A stretch of 63,875 nt of DNA, filler included, from Neolecta irregularis DAH-3 (GCA_001929475.1; 15 parts of 15 records of this genome joined end to end with filler, not necessarily neighbours in it); one strand, 5' to 3'; positions 11,199 to 25,568 are shown, numbered from the whole stretch's first letter. Notes: generated from the letters alone by a model not told the origin. Program-made: numbers and translations.

Positions 11199-13924
11199 TC
11201 ATCTCGGATATCGGTGACTTGTCGCTTCACTAAATGGGTATGGCTCCCAATCGATATCACCCAAAAAATAGGATGGCTCGTCATAACTTCTAAAGTGATG
11301 CCCATCTGCCAAGTTGAGACCGAAGAGTGGTTCATGGGCATATGAGCACTGTGGTAAAGGCAAGGAAGAACTTGAAGAAGTCCATTCGGATTTATGTGCA
11401 TTACTGGACTCAGGATGGGAAACAGGATAGCCAATGAAGGGATGATTTCCGTGCAAATTGGAGACCGGAGGAGGCAACTCGATATGAGCCTGAGGATTTT
11501 CTTCAGGCGAATCAGAGGGTAGGTCAGTGACTCTTGAGCGCTTCGCCTTCCGCGATGAGACTTTCGAAAGGATTTGTCGAGAAAGTTTTACGAGGCCTTC
11601 GAGATGACTTGCCATGCCATCTATGTAAGGATTATCACTGAGCGGGTGGGCACGGCGGAAGAACAGAATCGCTTCTTCAATCAATGCGATATCCGACATG
11701 GCATTGTCTTGTGAGGGGTCATTGATAAAGTTCGTGAATATGACCAACGCTGACAGGTATGGATAATACACATGGAGGCTGCGTATTAAACAAAGCAGAA
11801 AAGCATCAAGTACCATACTCGTTGCAGGATATCAGGGGGCACCAAACCCAATACCTGAATCGTCGACCTTGCAGAGCTGACGCAAAGAGCGCCACCAGCT
11901 AAAAGCCGAGGATGAGCGGAGAGAATTTGAGGAGGCACAGAAATATTGCCGAACATCCTTTGAAGCGAAATCAACAGTCCCTGCCGATGAAGAATGATTA
12001 CTGTGTGATGGAACCTGGAAATGAGAAACAGATGCAAAGCATGATTATACAAAAGATGTGCGTAGAGAGTGATGGCATAAATTACTGGCGAAAGCTCCGG
12101 CTTCAGGTCGAAATCGGGCCTCATATTTTCTTTCCACTGAAACATAAATTAAAATATTTGAAGCAAGACTTACTGCTACAACATCTTGGTCTAATTCAGC
12201 GGCATTCCGTACTAGCTTTACGATATCGATGTCACTGCGAACAATCTTGTAGAGCTTCTTCTGGATCTTTGACTGGATCTTGGCCAGTTCAATGATCCGT
12301 AGAAAGAGTCGCAGGGAAATGCTGCACGTGTGTTCACCTTCGATAACCCTATCTCTTGTGATAAAGTGGTCATCGATAGGCTGCGGGAGTAGCTGATCGA
12401 TGTCGTCATCTTGTAACACACCTGGAAGCCCGACAATATTTGACAGAATTTTGTCCATGATATATATAGTCCAAAACAAATTGCAACGCTCTTGCAGTTC
12501 GACAGGATCAAGGTTTAAGCGGTGTCCAGAACGATGAAGGCCTGCGCCAAGCGCACAGCGAATGATCGTACCGAGCTGCCACCACACTTGCTTGGGATCG
12601 GTCCGAGTCTGAGTATAGATCATCTTCCTATTACTACAGTTACAGCAACGAGTACTTACAATAAGCAAAAGAGCCCGAATAGAATGAGAGCCCCCAATAT
12701 CTAGTAACTCATCACGCAGACCGGAGGCAGCATCCGCCCAGTTTTTAGCCATCGCCTCAAACTCTTCTCGGATATTATCATCGCGCTTGTAAGCATCGGC
12801 TTGACACCCAAGAGCAAGGACCTTCCAGGTCAGAGTGACAATTTTCCAGAATACGAACTATGAGATATGTAGCAAGCCATGAAGGTTTGAGCATAATATT
12901 CGCATTTGTCCACGAATTTTGATAGGTTTCGAGAAAGGATGGAGTATGGAACAGTGGAATAGCAACATTAACATGGTCAAGAAAGGCTATCAAGATTAGC
13001 CGCCAATCAAGCGCTGGAATATACCTTGAACAAAGATATCCGCAATTTCCCGGCTCGGTAACAACGCCATCTCAGAAGGACGATCATTAACCCGAGGGCG
13101 CGACGGAATCGATAGCATTCTGAGGAAGTCGTCCATCACTTCATGTTGTGGCAAATGCTCCATAACATACTCTTTAGCCTTCAGCAGAAACGAAAATCCT
13201 GATTGGGACCCTATATCTGTTAATACTATTCGGAAAAATACTTGCCGAAATATCTGGTTTTACCGTCATCTTCGTTGAGAAACATTCCAACCAGAGAATC
13301 CGATAGAGTACCTAGGATAGATGACTCAGCGTCGTGGTCTCGAGCTTTAGAATCTTCAGAGGTAGCGGCTTTGGATAACTGAGGATCGGGGAACCGACGA
13401 GACTTATCAGCCTTTGCCGATAATAAAAACGATTCAGCCATTTCCTCAGCAAGCAATCCTTCGATCTCACTCTCTATTTCTGGAACAAGGCCTTTAAGAA
13501 GAGATTCCATGCGCTCCAGTCGTTTCTGTTATAAGACATATCTCAGAGTGGTGCTAAACCTCTAACGTTTCAATATATCTCTGCCTGAGTTGTTAACCCA
13601 AGAGTAGATTAAATCGGCTTCATACCCCTTTTGAGGCTGTCTTTTCTTCGGCTGATCAGAAAAGGTGCAGTCTGCGTTTGAATGCGAACAACTCGCACAT
13701 GGATGAGACCCATCACACTTGAATGAGCTGACTGGCCACCAACGATCGTACCTTAATCTTCCGTCGCTACTTAAGGTTAAACAGAAAGAAAAAGGTTATA
13801 AAGATAGAAATACCCGACATAAATCGCAAGCTCTAGTTATCCTTCGCTTTTTCATATGTGAAAGACCTTGGTCTATCCTCTCGGGTGTGCTAGCATGACT
13901 GAATGAATCTGGGCTGGCGGACAT
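11199..13924 (-). CDS. Zn(II)2Cys6 fungal transcription factor (paralog B, tandem duplicate)
   Basis: KKRRITRACDLCR...CDGSHPCASCSHSNADCTF, then GLHRSGHRLNLDPVELQERCNLFWTIYIMDKILSNIVGLPGVLQDDDIDQLLP. Same exon layout as paralog A. Confidence 0.88.
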
Positions 13925-14430
13925 TTTGCACAGGTGCTTGGTGTGGATCCGAGTGAGCATCGCCAGGTTTTATACAAGAGGAGCCCAATATAGAATGAGA
14001 ATGGCGCGAACTGGAAGGGCATCAATGCTCAGGCCGTTTCCCAAAATTCTTCCCAAAGACCATACTTAGCCTGATTACAAAAAACAGCAAGGACTGTCCC
14101 CATGGAGCAAAAATTGCACAAACTCGAGACAGCTTCGCAATCGTATTATCTCTGTATTTCCTCAGCCTCCAGTCAGAGTCAGGCCTGGAACGGAAAAAAG
14201 GAGGCTTATCGCCGTCTCATCATGGGTACGTTAGTGTGAGAATCAGCTAATACTCTATGTAAGCAAGGTCCACAATGCAAGGATACTATAACGACGCTAA
14301 CCAAACCATGAGGCTGAGAAATGATAGGGAACAAAATAAGAACGCCAAATCCACTGAACCCAAACTCAGTCAACGAAAGCTCGCTTCATTTGCCCTCGGC
14401 GGCCGATCTCTATCGGACGCGACTGCACGT

Positions 14431-14978
14431 TCATCTGAAGCCTCCTTGTTTCTCAAGGCTAAGAAATTAGTAAACTAAGCCCCTCGGAAAATAGCAACAG
14501 GCTATGTAGCACATACAAGTCTTTTGCCTCGTTGATTTTTGTCGCTAAATAAGGTGAACCGCCACGATCAGGGTGATTCAAGAGCATGATCCTTCGATGT
14601 GCATCTTTCAATTTTGACTTGTTTAGACCTCGCTCTCTAAAATACAATCAGTGATATGGTTTAACCATTTGATGAGGATTTTGGTACGTCAATGATAATA
14701 TCATGGTGGCTTCCTTTTTGGACATTTTGGAGTCGAACCCTCCCTTTGAGAAGTTTTTTACTGCTGCGTTAACTCCTTTCGGCATGCCCTGGTAGCGTTT
14801 AAATGCCCGCAGGCCGAATCTTCCCTGCAGAGAATATTAATCCCACTCTGTTCGCAAATACGAAGGAACGGACGGACATACGGCAGTAGCTAAAGCTGCA
14901 ATCCCGACACCAGCAGCGATTATGGATGCCTTTTACTTGTTAGAAAAAAGGAAAACAATAGCTCAAGCTAGATACCAT
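14431..14978 (-). CDS. PAM18: Mitochondrial import motor J-protein Pam18/Tim14
   Basis: [17 protein letters not shown]...[31 protein letters not shown]. The first exon is ATG only, and the spliced end is [12 protein letters not shown]. Confidence 0.93.
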
Positions 14979-15262
14979 CGTGAGAAGTACAGTGGGTTAT
15001 AGTGCGATAGGATTTGCGTGGAGCGATCAGCTGGTACTTGAGTGCAAGGAGCAGGAATTCTTTTGTTTCAGTATTAACAACGACCCCATTCTTCGCGAAA
15101 TACAGAAAGCATAAAATTTCATAGCATCATATGATATTGAAGTTTATAGGAAAAGAATCTGAGTAACTGATGTATATATTTTATGTAGTTTGCATCGAAT
15201 CACGTTAGGCCAAGCTATACCAGATATCGTTTGGTCAATGTTGAGGTCGAAATTAGGAATCA

Positions 15263-16489
15263 TTAGGCATTCAAGGTCTTGAACCGCATTGGCTTTGTTC
15301 CTTCTTCAAATGGAACACCTTCAGGTTAGTCTATAAAATGTAAAAAAAGGATCAAGATACCTAGCTCGAGGAGCCGTGAAAATGCGTTGCCGAAATCTTC
15401 AAAAAATTTCTCCTGGTCATTGGCATAGATATCAACCCATTTTTTGAAACTTTTGTCTTTAATAAGAGCCATATCAGTAGGAAGCATCATCAGACTTTGC
15501 GTTTTCTTGTCTTCATGTTGTCTTGAAGGTTAGCGTATGGGATTACCGAGATGATACTCCGGTCCGTTCCATTTTTTCCATTGCCATTTCTCATCTAGAA
15601 GGAGCTTGAAGAAATCGTTCGTAAACATGGTGGGCGAGAAGGTCCAAGGACCACTGTATCCCGAACGATCTGGATGGCCTCGACCAAGAGCATGAGCACC
15701 AGACAAAGCCACAATTTCTTGATCGTTCCAACCCATCCGGTAGAAGATATCGCGTAAGTGGCGCTGATCTTTGGAAGCATCCGGAAGTCTGCATTAGCAA
15801 GATGAACCAGGCAAAATCACTACCGTCCATCAGGCGAACATGCCGCCACATCTTTATCAGATCTTCCCGGCCTCCAGGAGATAGTTGGTCCCTGCATTTC
15901 TTGAATTGCAACAACACCTCCAAGGGTCCATAAATCAGAATAAGAAATCCAAGGAAACCTTTTGTGGATAGATTCCATGATATCTCTCGCGACCTTGAGA
16001 CCGGCATTAGCACCATGATCTGATTCCTACAAGTAAATCAGGGTGTAGCAGTTTCAAAATTACAGGTGCAAATCTCATTGTCGCGCCATTCGATCCACCA
16101 GTTCCAGTCTCTTTATCGTATGTGCCAGAGGCGTGCCACGCAAGTCTGACCAAGACAGGGCCAAAACTCCCATCGTCGTAATTCTCAGCACCCTCTTCCA
16201 GTTTTTCGGCAATAGCCTCATAGACGGCCTGATAATCCTTTTCAGCTGGTTTAGATAGCTTTTTCAAGGCCGTTCCAGTAGTGGATGGGCTCTGCGAGAG
16301 GCCAAACTTATCGGCGTGGCTATAAACGTAGCCCCCTCCGAGCACAAGCGCACCAGCAGTTATATATAGCCCAATCTTGCTTTTCCGTGGCCGCCCCTGG
16401 GACGACTGGAATCGCCGCTGAGTGACACGCGAGACTGGCCCAGAGGGTAAACGCAAACGGAGAAGCCGGAGAGGTGTCTGAACTGACAT
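15263..16489 (-). CDS. CCP1: Mitochondrial cytochrome c peroxidase
   Basis: Presequence plus hydrophobic segment, then [64 protein letters not shown] and [10 protein letters not shown]. Confidence 0.95.
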
Positions 16490-16826
16490 GGCGGTGGGAT
16501 AATTGTCAAAGAGCGGGGATTCACGTCAATCTATACGAGTCTGGCTACGGCTAGGTCACAGTCGCATTAGTAAGAAAATCTTACCAGATACCTCTCAAAT
16601 GGGCTGCTTACTACTCTATTCTTTTGTCAGCTGCACGCAAATCTATATTGGCAGCTTTGGCCTGGTTGGATACGGCCCTAGAGAAGGATGCCGGAATCCA
16701 GATCCAAGCGGAAGGCCTAGGTGAGACGACAATTTAATAGATCTTAGGTCATTTGGGCAACCCCTGTTCGAGTATCCCCATCTTGAAAAGTCTCGTTCCC
16801 CTGTTATTGCCACAGAAGATTATGTC

Positions 16827-18015
16827 ATGTTGAAAGAGTCATCCCCTGTTCTTTCCGATGCAGCGACCTTTGTATATCCACAAACGACATCCAAATCCGA
16901 GCTGCCTGGACATGAACAGACCCTGTCAATAAGCAGTCTCCCTCGAGATAAACTCTTCATTGAGGTCGATTGTATACAAGCCTATCCGCGGACCGAGAAG
17001 AACTTTACTTTTGTGCTTGTCCAGGGGGAAATCTGTCTTGACAGAATCATAAGAGGCAGGATTGTACTATGCCTGTCGCACCCTTTGCTTGCAAAGAGAA
17101 TCATCGCGAGCGTCAAAGCCACCAAGTCCATTATTCTGAAAGATAAATCCTTGATCAGGAACTTGGGACATCGCCATGAAGAAACGCTTTGGAATCGAGT
17201 TTGTACATGTCTCTGATTAATTAATTACTATTAAGGTTACAAGTGTCTGGACAGGCGATATTATTCCCGCTAACACGCCGCTCGAATTTCCATTCTCCGT
17301 AACGATTCCTTCGACACTGCCTCCGTCACTTCAGCTTAGCAATGGATCTTTTACTTACACAGTAAAAGTCTATACATCCAGAGGGCTGCTCCACAAAGGC
17401 ATCTCCGGAACGCCACTGATATCACAAATTGTCTTCGTCAATGTGCCTGCGCCAATACCTCTCGAGTCCCTCGAACATCAGCCATCCCAAACTCTTCATT
17501 ACGCATATCCAATGTCATCACGCTTCAGCGTCCATTTTACAATCCCGACAACAGTACATATAAACTCACGCGATGACAAGGGTGATCTTCCAGTAGCCGT
17601 TCATTTCACCTCACATCCTCCTGGCACCCGATTGCCAGAATTCTTGAGTTTTGAATGGACGCTCATCCAGCATGCTCGTTTCACATTTCGGTCAACAGTT
17701 ACTCAACAGGGATCCCTTCATAACCTTGATTCGACAACTAAAATAATGAGCGGCAGAGAAATCATTAGTACGACATTGCAGACGGCAGTAGCAACAAAGG
17801 TGTTTCATATCTCATTGACAAATTCCTTCATCGCTGCTGGAGATATGAAATCTCAACATATCGAGATTAGCCACAGCCTTGATGTTTCTGTTTTACGAGC
17901 ACAGTGCCTTAAATGGTGGAAATCGATGAGATACAAAAATGACAAAAGGAAATGGACCGTTAGCGTTCCAATTACAATCTTGGATAGTATTGAAGGAAGC
18001 CTCTACCACTCATAA
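16827..18015 (+). CDS. Arrestin-N-like (alpha-arrestin related) protein
   Basis: IRGRIVLCLSHPLLAKRIIASVKA, then after one intron (about 17199-17236) EFPFSVTIPSTLPPSLQLSNGSFTYTVKV, typical of arrestin N domains. The frame continues into ORF 17443-18015. Confidence 0.6.
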
Positions 18016-18333
18016 TGACACAATATCGCCTTTAGTTAAAAAACAGTAGTGTTTAGCGAACATTAATTCTAATTATTCAATGCTACTTGGTGCACCATTG
18101 CAGGACAGGGAGATACAAATATGATAAAGAGACCTAGCAGGGAGAATAACCGGTGTCCTATGAGAGCGAGGCTTCAGTGATGACAGCCACTGACGGCGGG
18201 CGTTACACAGCACTTACAAGCATCCACGCTCATTTACACGAATTCAGGTGATATATTAATAAACGCATCGATGACCAAAAATATTGGAAGGCATGAATGA
18301 CCATGCAACGGGGGGCCAGGATAGATTTATTCT

Positions 18334-19875
18334 TCAGAGACGGGCAGAGCGACCTTCCTTCGACATCATCCAATTTGATCGATACTTCTTACTCTGCACT
18401 TTGAGGGTCATCTATAATTTAACCCTATACAAAGTTCAGGAACCTACCTCCTCCGTAATTCCCCTAGCTTCAACAGCAGGATTATATCCCAGTCGCTTTC
18501 GACCATCTTCCATACTGTTCATGCCCGAAGAAACAGCGCAACCATCGAGTCTCTTATACACAGTAACAACGACGGCTCCACCCAGCCCAACATTATGTTG
18601 TAATGCATATTTACAATTCGGCACTTGACGGTTCGTAGCCCAACCACGTAGCTGCCAGACAAGTTCACTCGCTTGAGCGAGGCCAGTGGCTCCGAGTGGA
18701 TGGCCTTTTGAAATTAAGCCTCTCTGTAAGGGAATGATCATAAATAGAAGGTGTCTCGTACCTCCACTCGGATTTATAACATATTTTCCACCGTATGTAA
18801 TTTGATCGGTTTCTACCAGTTCATGTGCTTTCCCTGGTTTTGATAATCCTAGGGCATCGATACAGACGAGCTCATTAGCACTGAAACAATCATGTAACTC
18901 GACAACTTGGATTTCGTCAGCTGTGATGCCTGCTTCTTTGTAAACTTGATCAGCAGCATGTCTGGTCATGTCGGCCCCGACGAGCTCTATTGCACTTTTA
19001 TTGAACAAGGAAGGGGAATCTGTAGCCAGGCATTGTCCTGCGATTTCGATTGCCTGTGATTTAATATGAGGATGCGAATCAAGGAATCTTTGTGAGCAGA
19101 GAACAACAGCGGCAGCTCCATCTGAAGTCGGACAACACTGAAGCTTGGTGAGTGGGCCATGGATTTGTGGCGATTTGAGGATTTCATCCAGAGTATACAC
19201 TTTTTGGGACTGAGAGTATGGGTTTGATTTGCTGACGTTAACTTTGGACAGTAAATGAAATACCTATGCCGGTGATTAATTTCAGCAATATGAGCGAGAT
19301 GATCAGCAGTAGCGCCATACTTCTCGCAGTATTCAGTACCTGCATTCCCAAAGAGCTGAGCAGCCACTGGAGCAGTCGTCATTCCTCGAGTATTGGCCAT
19401 CAGAAATATTGAGCGGTCTAGGGGATTTGTTCGATCACTGAAGACACTCTTTAGTGATCCTAGATCGTCGGAAATCACAGAGAAATGTTGAGATACCTCG
19501 TTGCATCTGCTCGAATCCAATAACAAGAATGCAGTCTGAAACTCCATGTTCGATGAGTTGCTTCGCCATGAATAATCCAGTCGATCCGGTCGAACAGTTG
19601 TTGTTTACGTTATATATCGGAATTTGCGTCAATCCCAGTTGATAGAAGACTCTTTGGCCAGAGGTACTATCGCCATACACGTAGCACGCAATTCCTTGAT
19701 TGACTTCGTCATAGTTAATACCGGCATCTATTAGGGCTTTCACTGCGGCTTCCAATCCGCTATCGACGTAATCGATCTCGCCCTTAGGTTTGACAAATTT
19801 TGTCTGTGAATAAGTATTCGCCTAAGATGAGCCCACCATCCCAACTCCGGCAACATAAACTTTTGATTTCGACAT
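18334..19875 (-). CDS. SCPx-type peroxisomal thiolase (non-specific lipid-transfer protein thiolase domain)
   Basis: [66 protein letters not shown] and [14 protein letters not shown]. The spliced C-terminus ends ARL-stop (PTS1). Confidence 0.93.
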
Positions 19876-20390
19876 AAGTTTGATTCAAAAGTGAGGTTTA
19901 GTCCTGTACAATGATTACTGTAGCGGACAAAATGGGGGGAGGATCACATTTTCCTAACGCCACCCACCTCTTACCTCGGCATCTTCAACCCTCCTTCAGT
20001 CGGGTGAGCAAACGCAAACCTTGGATTATTTCTTCAATTAATAAAATCATACAAAACTCCAAAAAATAGCAAAGTGGGCACTGAAATCAGCTCCTTGATC
20101 TTTATCAATAAGCAAATATAAAACCCTTCCAATAAAATCCTGTTGCTCAAATGCTTTTAATTTTTCAGATTCCTATCGTTAATTCACGTGTGGCTTTCAA
20201 ACTGCGAGTCCACGAAACAAACGAAACAAGTTGAAGACTTGCGGCCTTTTACAAACCACTTTCGGCTCGGTACTATTATTTTTCCCTTGACCAGTGGAAA
20301 TTTGATGGGCCATTGTTGAAAAGTTAGGGATGTAAACCCGGTCAATGAATTAATTGTCATCTACGTCAAACACCACTAAGACTATACCCG

Positions 20391-21929
20391 ATGTTCTATG
20401 TGCACATTTATTGCCCCTGTGCAGACTCGCCTGTTGATTCTTTGACTCTTTGGGATCCTACTGAGGAGCCCACAGAAAGAGATCTGCAATTCGACCCATC
20501 CCATCCTCGCGCGCAATTCAGCTGTCATCCGTTACCACTCTTGAACTTTTGCGAAGAATGCCACGCAATTCGCTGCCCGAGATGTGTCCAGGAAGAGATA
20601 GTCAGCTACTTTTGTCCGAGCTGTTTGTTGGAAGTCCCTCAGGCCAGCGTGAAAGGTGATAGCTGCAGGTTTGACTTCCTTTCAATCATAGCGACTAATA
20701 TCCAAGATGTACGAGGAATTGCTTTCAATGTCCTGTGTGTTTTTCTGGGCTTTCGGTGATTTCGGAAGAGACGGGGACACATTCGTGCTACTTCTTGCAG
20801 TGTTCATATTGTCAGTGGTCATCAACTTCTGTAAATCTTACATTCGACAAGCCGACTGGCCTGTACCGTATTTGGTACTCTATAAGACTAGTAACTTATA
20901 TTAGAGCAAATGCTAAAAAGGGACACACCAGCATCAAAACAAGCTCATTCATTTGGCATAATAAAGACTCATTACGAGGAATATATTGAGACTGAAAAGA
21001 CTCGAGAGGATCCCCATGCCCAGTTTTCGAGAATACTTGGATTATCAGGCGGGATATTTGGAAAACGAAAGAGTGTGACACCAAAGATACAAAAGGCTGA
21101 ATTAGAACCTGTTGAGATTCCTGATGAATCTGAGTTGATTCAACACCTGGAAAAGGCGTCCATCAATGATGGTATCTGCTTAACTACACCTGAAGCTCAC
21201 GTCGCAAAGTGACTTCTTTATCTCAACGTCTCGCTCAAGTTTACTCAACGCCCAAAATCTCGTAGAATAGCCTCTCTTCCTACATACTAATTAAAAGGGA
21301 GCTTTATCCTATACCAAGATCCCTGCGGGCCAAAAGATCAAAACGCTGTCGTGCATGTCGACATATTCTTGTCCGTCCAGAAGCGAAACCTCTTGCAATT
21401 CGTTATCGACACAAGCTACTCGCAATGTATTATCTAAATCTTCTGAAAATATTAAATAGTAAGGAATTATATTCCTGCAATCACACTCTCACCACTTAAC
21501 CTCGCATCGGATAAACAAACGTACATCCTTCGTCTGACCAATCCTCTCTATGATTCAATAAAAGTCTCATTGGCTACACCACCGCAAACCACCACTAAGT
21601 ACAGAATCACCCTCCTATGTCCGGATTTCGAGGTCGGACCAAATGCAGATGTTTGGGATCAAACCTCTGCCGTTGTCCGTCCTACAGATCTAAAAAAACC
21701 AATAAACGCAGAAGAAGGGGCTATTTGGGATTCAGGTCGCAATTGGACATCGACGATCTTGGAAATCGTCCCACCTGAAGATAATAACAAAGTTGAACAG
21801 TTGGAAATCTCGATGTTTGTGAAATTGGTTTACGAGACAGAGATTGAAAAGGAAGAGGATGAATGTGGCAAGGCCAAGCTTGTTAAAGTTGATAGGGAGA
21901 TTGGTTTCTGGTCGGTAATTGGTATATGA
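20391..21929 (+). CDS. DCTN4: Dynactin subunit 4 (p62)
   Basis: Cys clusters FCEECHAIRCPRCVQEEIVSYFCPSCLLEVP, TRNCFQCPVC and CSYCQWSS, followed by LRAKRSKRCRACRHILVRPE. Confidence 0.9.
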
Positions 21930-22174
21930 AGAGCACTTGAAGATAACTTCTTGCAGGGTATTAGTGACAGACAAAAAAAGTATATAATACGAAGACAAAA
22001 ATCTCTACGCACCCAAGAACAATAATGTTGATTTTCAGTTGCAAAGACAACTGGCGCAATTGTACAAAGAAAATATTAAAACATTCAGGGGATGAACCAT
22101 CCAGAAGTAAAACAAAATGACTACAACCGTCTTTCTTTCAGACACCAGAAGCTTTATGAAAAGAAAAAAAAGAC

Positions 22175-23307
22175 TCAAAGATCTTCTTCGTGCTCTCTAA
22201 ACCGACTAATGCTTGAACCGTCATGAACAGCTAGACTTCTACCGACCGGATCTTGGAGGGGTGGGACGGTAATGGACGGTAGTTCGGAAATAGGGCAAGG
22301 TCTGTCTGAATTGCGAAAGTGTGTTGCTGTAGAACCCAGGCGGCCAGGTGGATATATAGATGTCGGCGAGTCGCCGCTACGGCGATCTGAATACTGGAGA
22401 TCTTGTTCACTGGATGTTCTTCGTCCAGAGATAACAACGAATTCGGGGGATGGAGGAGATGTGGTTAGATGTTCGGGTGTGGAATTTCGGTGCAATAGGG
22501 AGGCGAGGAACTTAGAATGTGGAGTAAGTGATGCCAAACTTGATGACCGATCTTGTTGATGCAACGAGATTTGGTGTCTGCGACGACGCAATAAATATAG
22601 TAAAGCAATAAGGATTAATGCAGAACCAGCAAGACATCCAACCACTCCTCCGACAACCTTTTGGTTTACTGGAGTTAGTCCGCCTCCGCTACCCGTATCG
22701 GAAGGTGAATTGGACGATGGGGTTCCTAAAGATGATGACGGAGGTAATTGTTTCGCAGCGGGCGGCACAGGGGGTAAGGGTAAAGCTGATGATAAAGTGG
22801 TAGCCTGCAACTCAATCGTGGAGGTTACCGGAGACTGAGTAGTAGCATATGAAATTCGAGAACCATTGAACAGTAGATAACTAGTATTCAATGCTTGAGT
22901 AGTGTTGATAGATATGCTCAACAAAGTACAATTGCCAATACAAGTACCATTCGAGTATAGAGAGGGAGGAGTCGTGGTGTCCGCCGACAACGTGGGAGTC
23001 ACTGAAATTAATCAGCGGCTATTTACCCAAGGAAATATATACCCAAACTATCATTCAAAGTCGTTGCCACTTTTTCAATTTGGGTTTCCAGCTTCAGGCT
23101 GCGAGGTTCCGATATGTCTTCTTCTGGAGCTCCTGTTTGGAAATTATCGACAGCCCGAGCCTGGAAGCCCCTGAATGTCTTTGAAGGGGTTAATATTATG
23201 GAAGTGACACTGTGCTCTGGTAACCTAGCGCCTTCTGAAGACTCATTATGATGGTGTGCATGGCGTTTACTGCGCGACCTGGGGTACTCCTGGTCTGATG
23301 CAGTCAT
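22175..23307 (-). CDS. Ser/Thr/Pro-rich single-pass membrane protein (Mid2/Axl2-like topology)
   Basis: S/T-rich region, then TM VVGGVVGCLAGSALILIALLYLL followed by RRRRH and a cytoplasmic tail. One intron near 23000-23040. The start codon is uncertain. Confidence 0.55.
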
Positions 23308-24446
23308 CGAACATACAGCGACAAAGCGGCGGCTATTAGGATACGGCTACGCGTGACACGGGGTAGACGAGGGTCCTGTGAGGACGAGTATATGCGCACT
23401 CGATAAATGGAACAACAGGGATGACTGGCGGTCCGGTTGTGATTGAGAAATCTCGGGAATGACCAAATTTTCCGAAGCAGGAACGAGCGGAACACCGGAA
23501 ACAAATGAAAGAGCGTGGGGAAACGAGAGACTTTTGTGGGCGTCGACAGGCGAAAACTAACAACTCGCGGAGGAGTCGAGAGGAGGAAAGCCGGGACGGA
23601 TGGTGGCGGGTGGAGGCACAAAACTCAGTGGTACCCCCGGAAGCCTTTCCATCTTGCAATTGCACTGTTTCCTATCTATAACTCTGTCTTGTGTCAAATG
23701 TGATTGGTTTTTGAAAATGATAAAGCAAGATATGAGAGGACTGGGGGCTTTTCTCTCCTTTTTTTAAAATTATTCCTGAAAAACTTCAAGATTTTGCGAG
23801 ATTCTCGTCGAGTTGCACTCCAGCTTGATATCCAAGTGATACGCGTCTGATCTTTTTTATCAAGCACGGCCAAATGCTAGTCATGTGGCTGATTCTGCTT
23901 ACTTGCTATCATAGCGCATATTTTTCAGTTATCAGGGGTAGTGACGGGCCAGGGTTGCGAAAAGATTGCCATTGGATAAGCCGGCGAATCATTTACGCCT
24001 GCGGCAATGGCTTTGCCGAGTTTGGGAAAATTGGGTTATCCGCGGGTATTCTTAGTGTAACCCGCCCTATAATAGTCTCTAATTGAATGCTATGCTTGTG
24101 AGATAGCATACTCAAATCAGACAATGCTGAACTAGGGACGATATAAATGTAGTATAAAGCCAGTTTTCAGCTAGATGAAGAGGAAATGCCCTTCAAGACT
24201 TCATATTCAAAGACCCGTCAAATAATCATTTGTTGAGAGATCATTAATCCGACACGCCACTGTAAGTGGATCAATGACGCGTATGTCTCGCAATCATTGT
24301 CCCAGGAAGCATCAAGGAGGCGCCAGTCTCAACAACAAACCATTTCGACACCCACCAAGCCGCCTCCAAATTTTCGATCAAGAATTGATTTATCTATAAA
24401 TCCAGCAAATCCCGCTCTCATGTTCAATTAATCCAACCCTCACTAA

Positions 24447-25481
24447 ATGAGCGACCATTTACAGGTAAAACTATGCCAAAGCTAAAAAATGATTTTTTAG
24501 ACCCTTGAATTACGTTGTGCAGAATTAGATCGCCTTATTAAAGATCTTGAAGTTGAAATTGCAGATATTAAAAGATTACTCCCTCCGAATCCGTGTACAC
24601 ACAACCCTACCCATCGCGATCAATTACAACGATTATATTACACATTATGTAAAGATCGAGATGGATTCCGGCAGGAACGGCATTATGTTGGTATGAAGTT
24701 GACTCGAAGTGTAAGAAGACGGGAGAAGGAAGGTTTTGGTACAGAAGCTTGTTCGACTTTTTGGGTGAGAAGAATCGCTAGCGATCCTTGTTCTGCGGAA
24801 GAAATACTACGGAAAGGAGCGAGAAGGATTAGCGTTGTATATCCCCATGTCCCGGTATTTTCTGATTAGAACAAGGCTGGACGGAAATCCCTGTGCGAAG
24901 AGTCTTCTCGGTCTAAACCTCTTGAACATAAATCGCCGTCGTCAGAAGACAAAGATCAACAGCCACCTATTAGTGAAGTTTCTTCCCTGCAGTTACTAGA
25001 TCTCCCCGCATCTCCACTATTGAAAAAATTATCATTGGCAAAACCTGAAAAGTTGGAAACAACATCAACTTTAAAACAACCATATCGATTACCCAAACGA
25101 CCTGCTCTTCCAATTTCTCCCCTTCCAAAGACTCCTACCACCCCGATTTCTCCTAAATTATGTACAAAAGCTTTTACCCAACCCCCGGTTTCTCCTAAAT
25201 CTCGTATCCCAAGAACATTACCACACAGGTCTCACCCATCACCACCAATAAATCCAAATAGACAATATTTTCCAGCAACCTCTCAAGGACCAATGAAAAA
25301 TCGTGTCAAGGCAATAATCGCTGCTACAGAAGAAGCAGGACCTTCACCTGTCCCAAATTTTGCATCAATGGTATGTATCCCCCTTGTTTTTATTGCCCTG
25401 GGGTACCGCTTAATAATGTAGCCTGCGAATGTATCTAAAGTTCGACAATATAAACCGGCCTCGCGAATTCAACGTTTCTGA
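24447..25481 (+). CDS. Hypothetical protein, N-terminal coiled coil and Pro/Ser/Lys-rich C-terminus
   Basis: MSDHLQ, an intron, then TLELRCAELDRLIKDLEVEIADIKRLL. ORF 25020-25421 is Pro-rich. Short GT-AG introns are visible but the model is approximate. Confidence 0.4.
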
Positions 25482-25568
25482 TGAAAGTGGATTTATCATT
25501 CAATTACCGGCCTGTTTTACCTTTTTTCCGCTCCTATTTAATTTATTGTTGTTGGGTGTTTTTATTAT

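Noticed and set aside
17216..17226. TTAATTAATTA inside the arrestin-like gene
   Set aside because: There are no flanking Ns. It is ordinary AT-rich intron sequence, not a linker.
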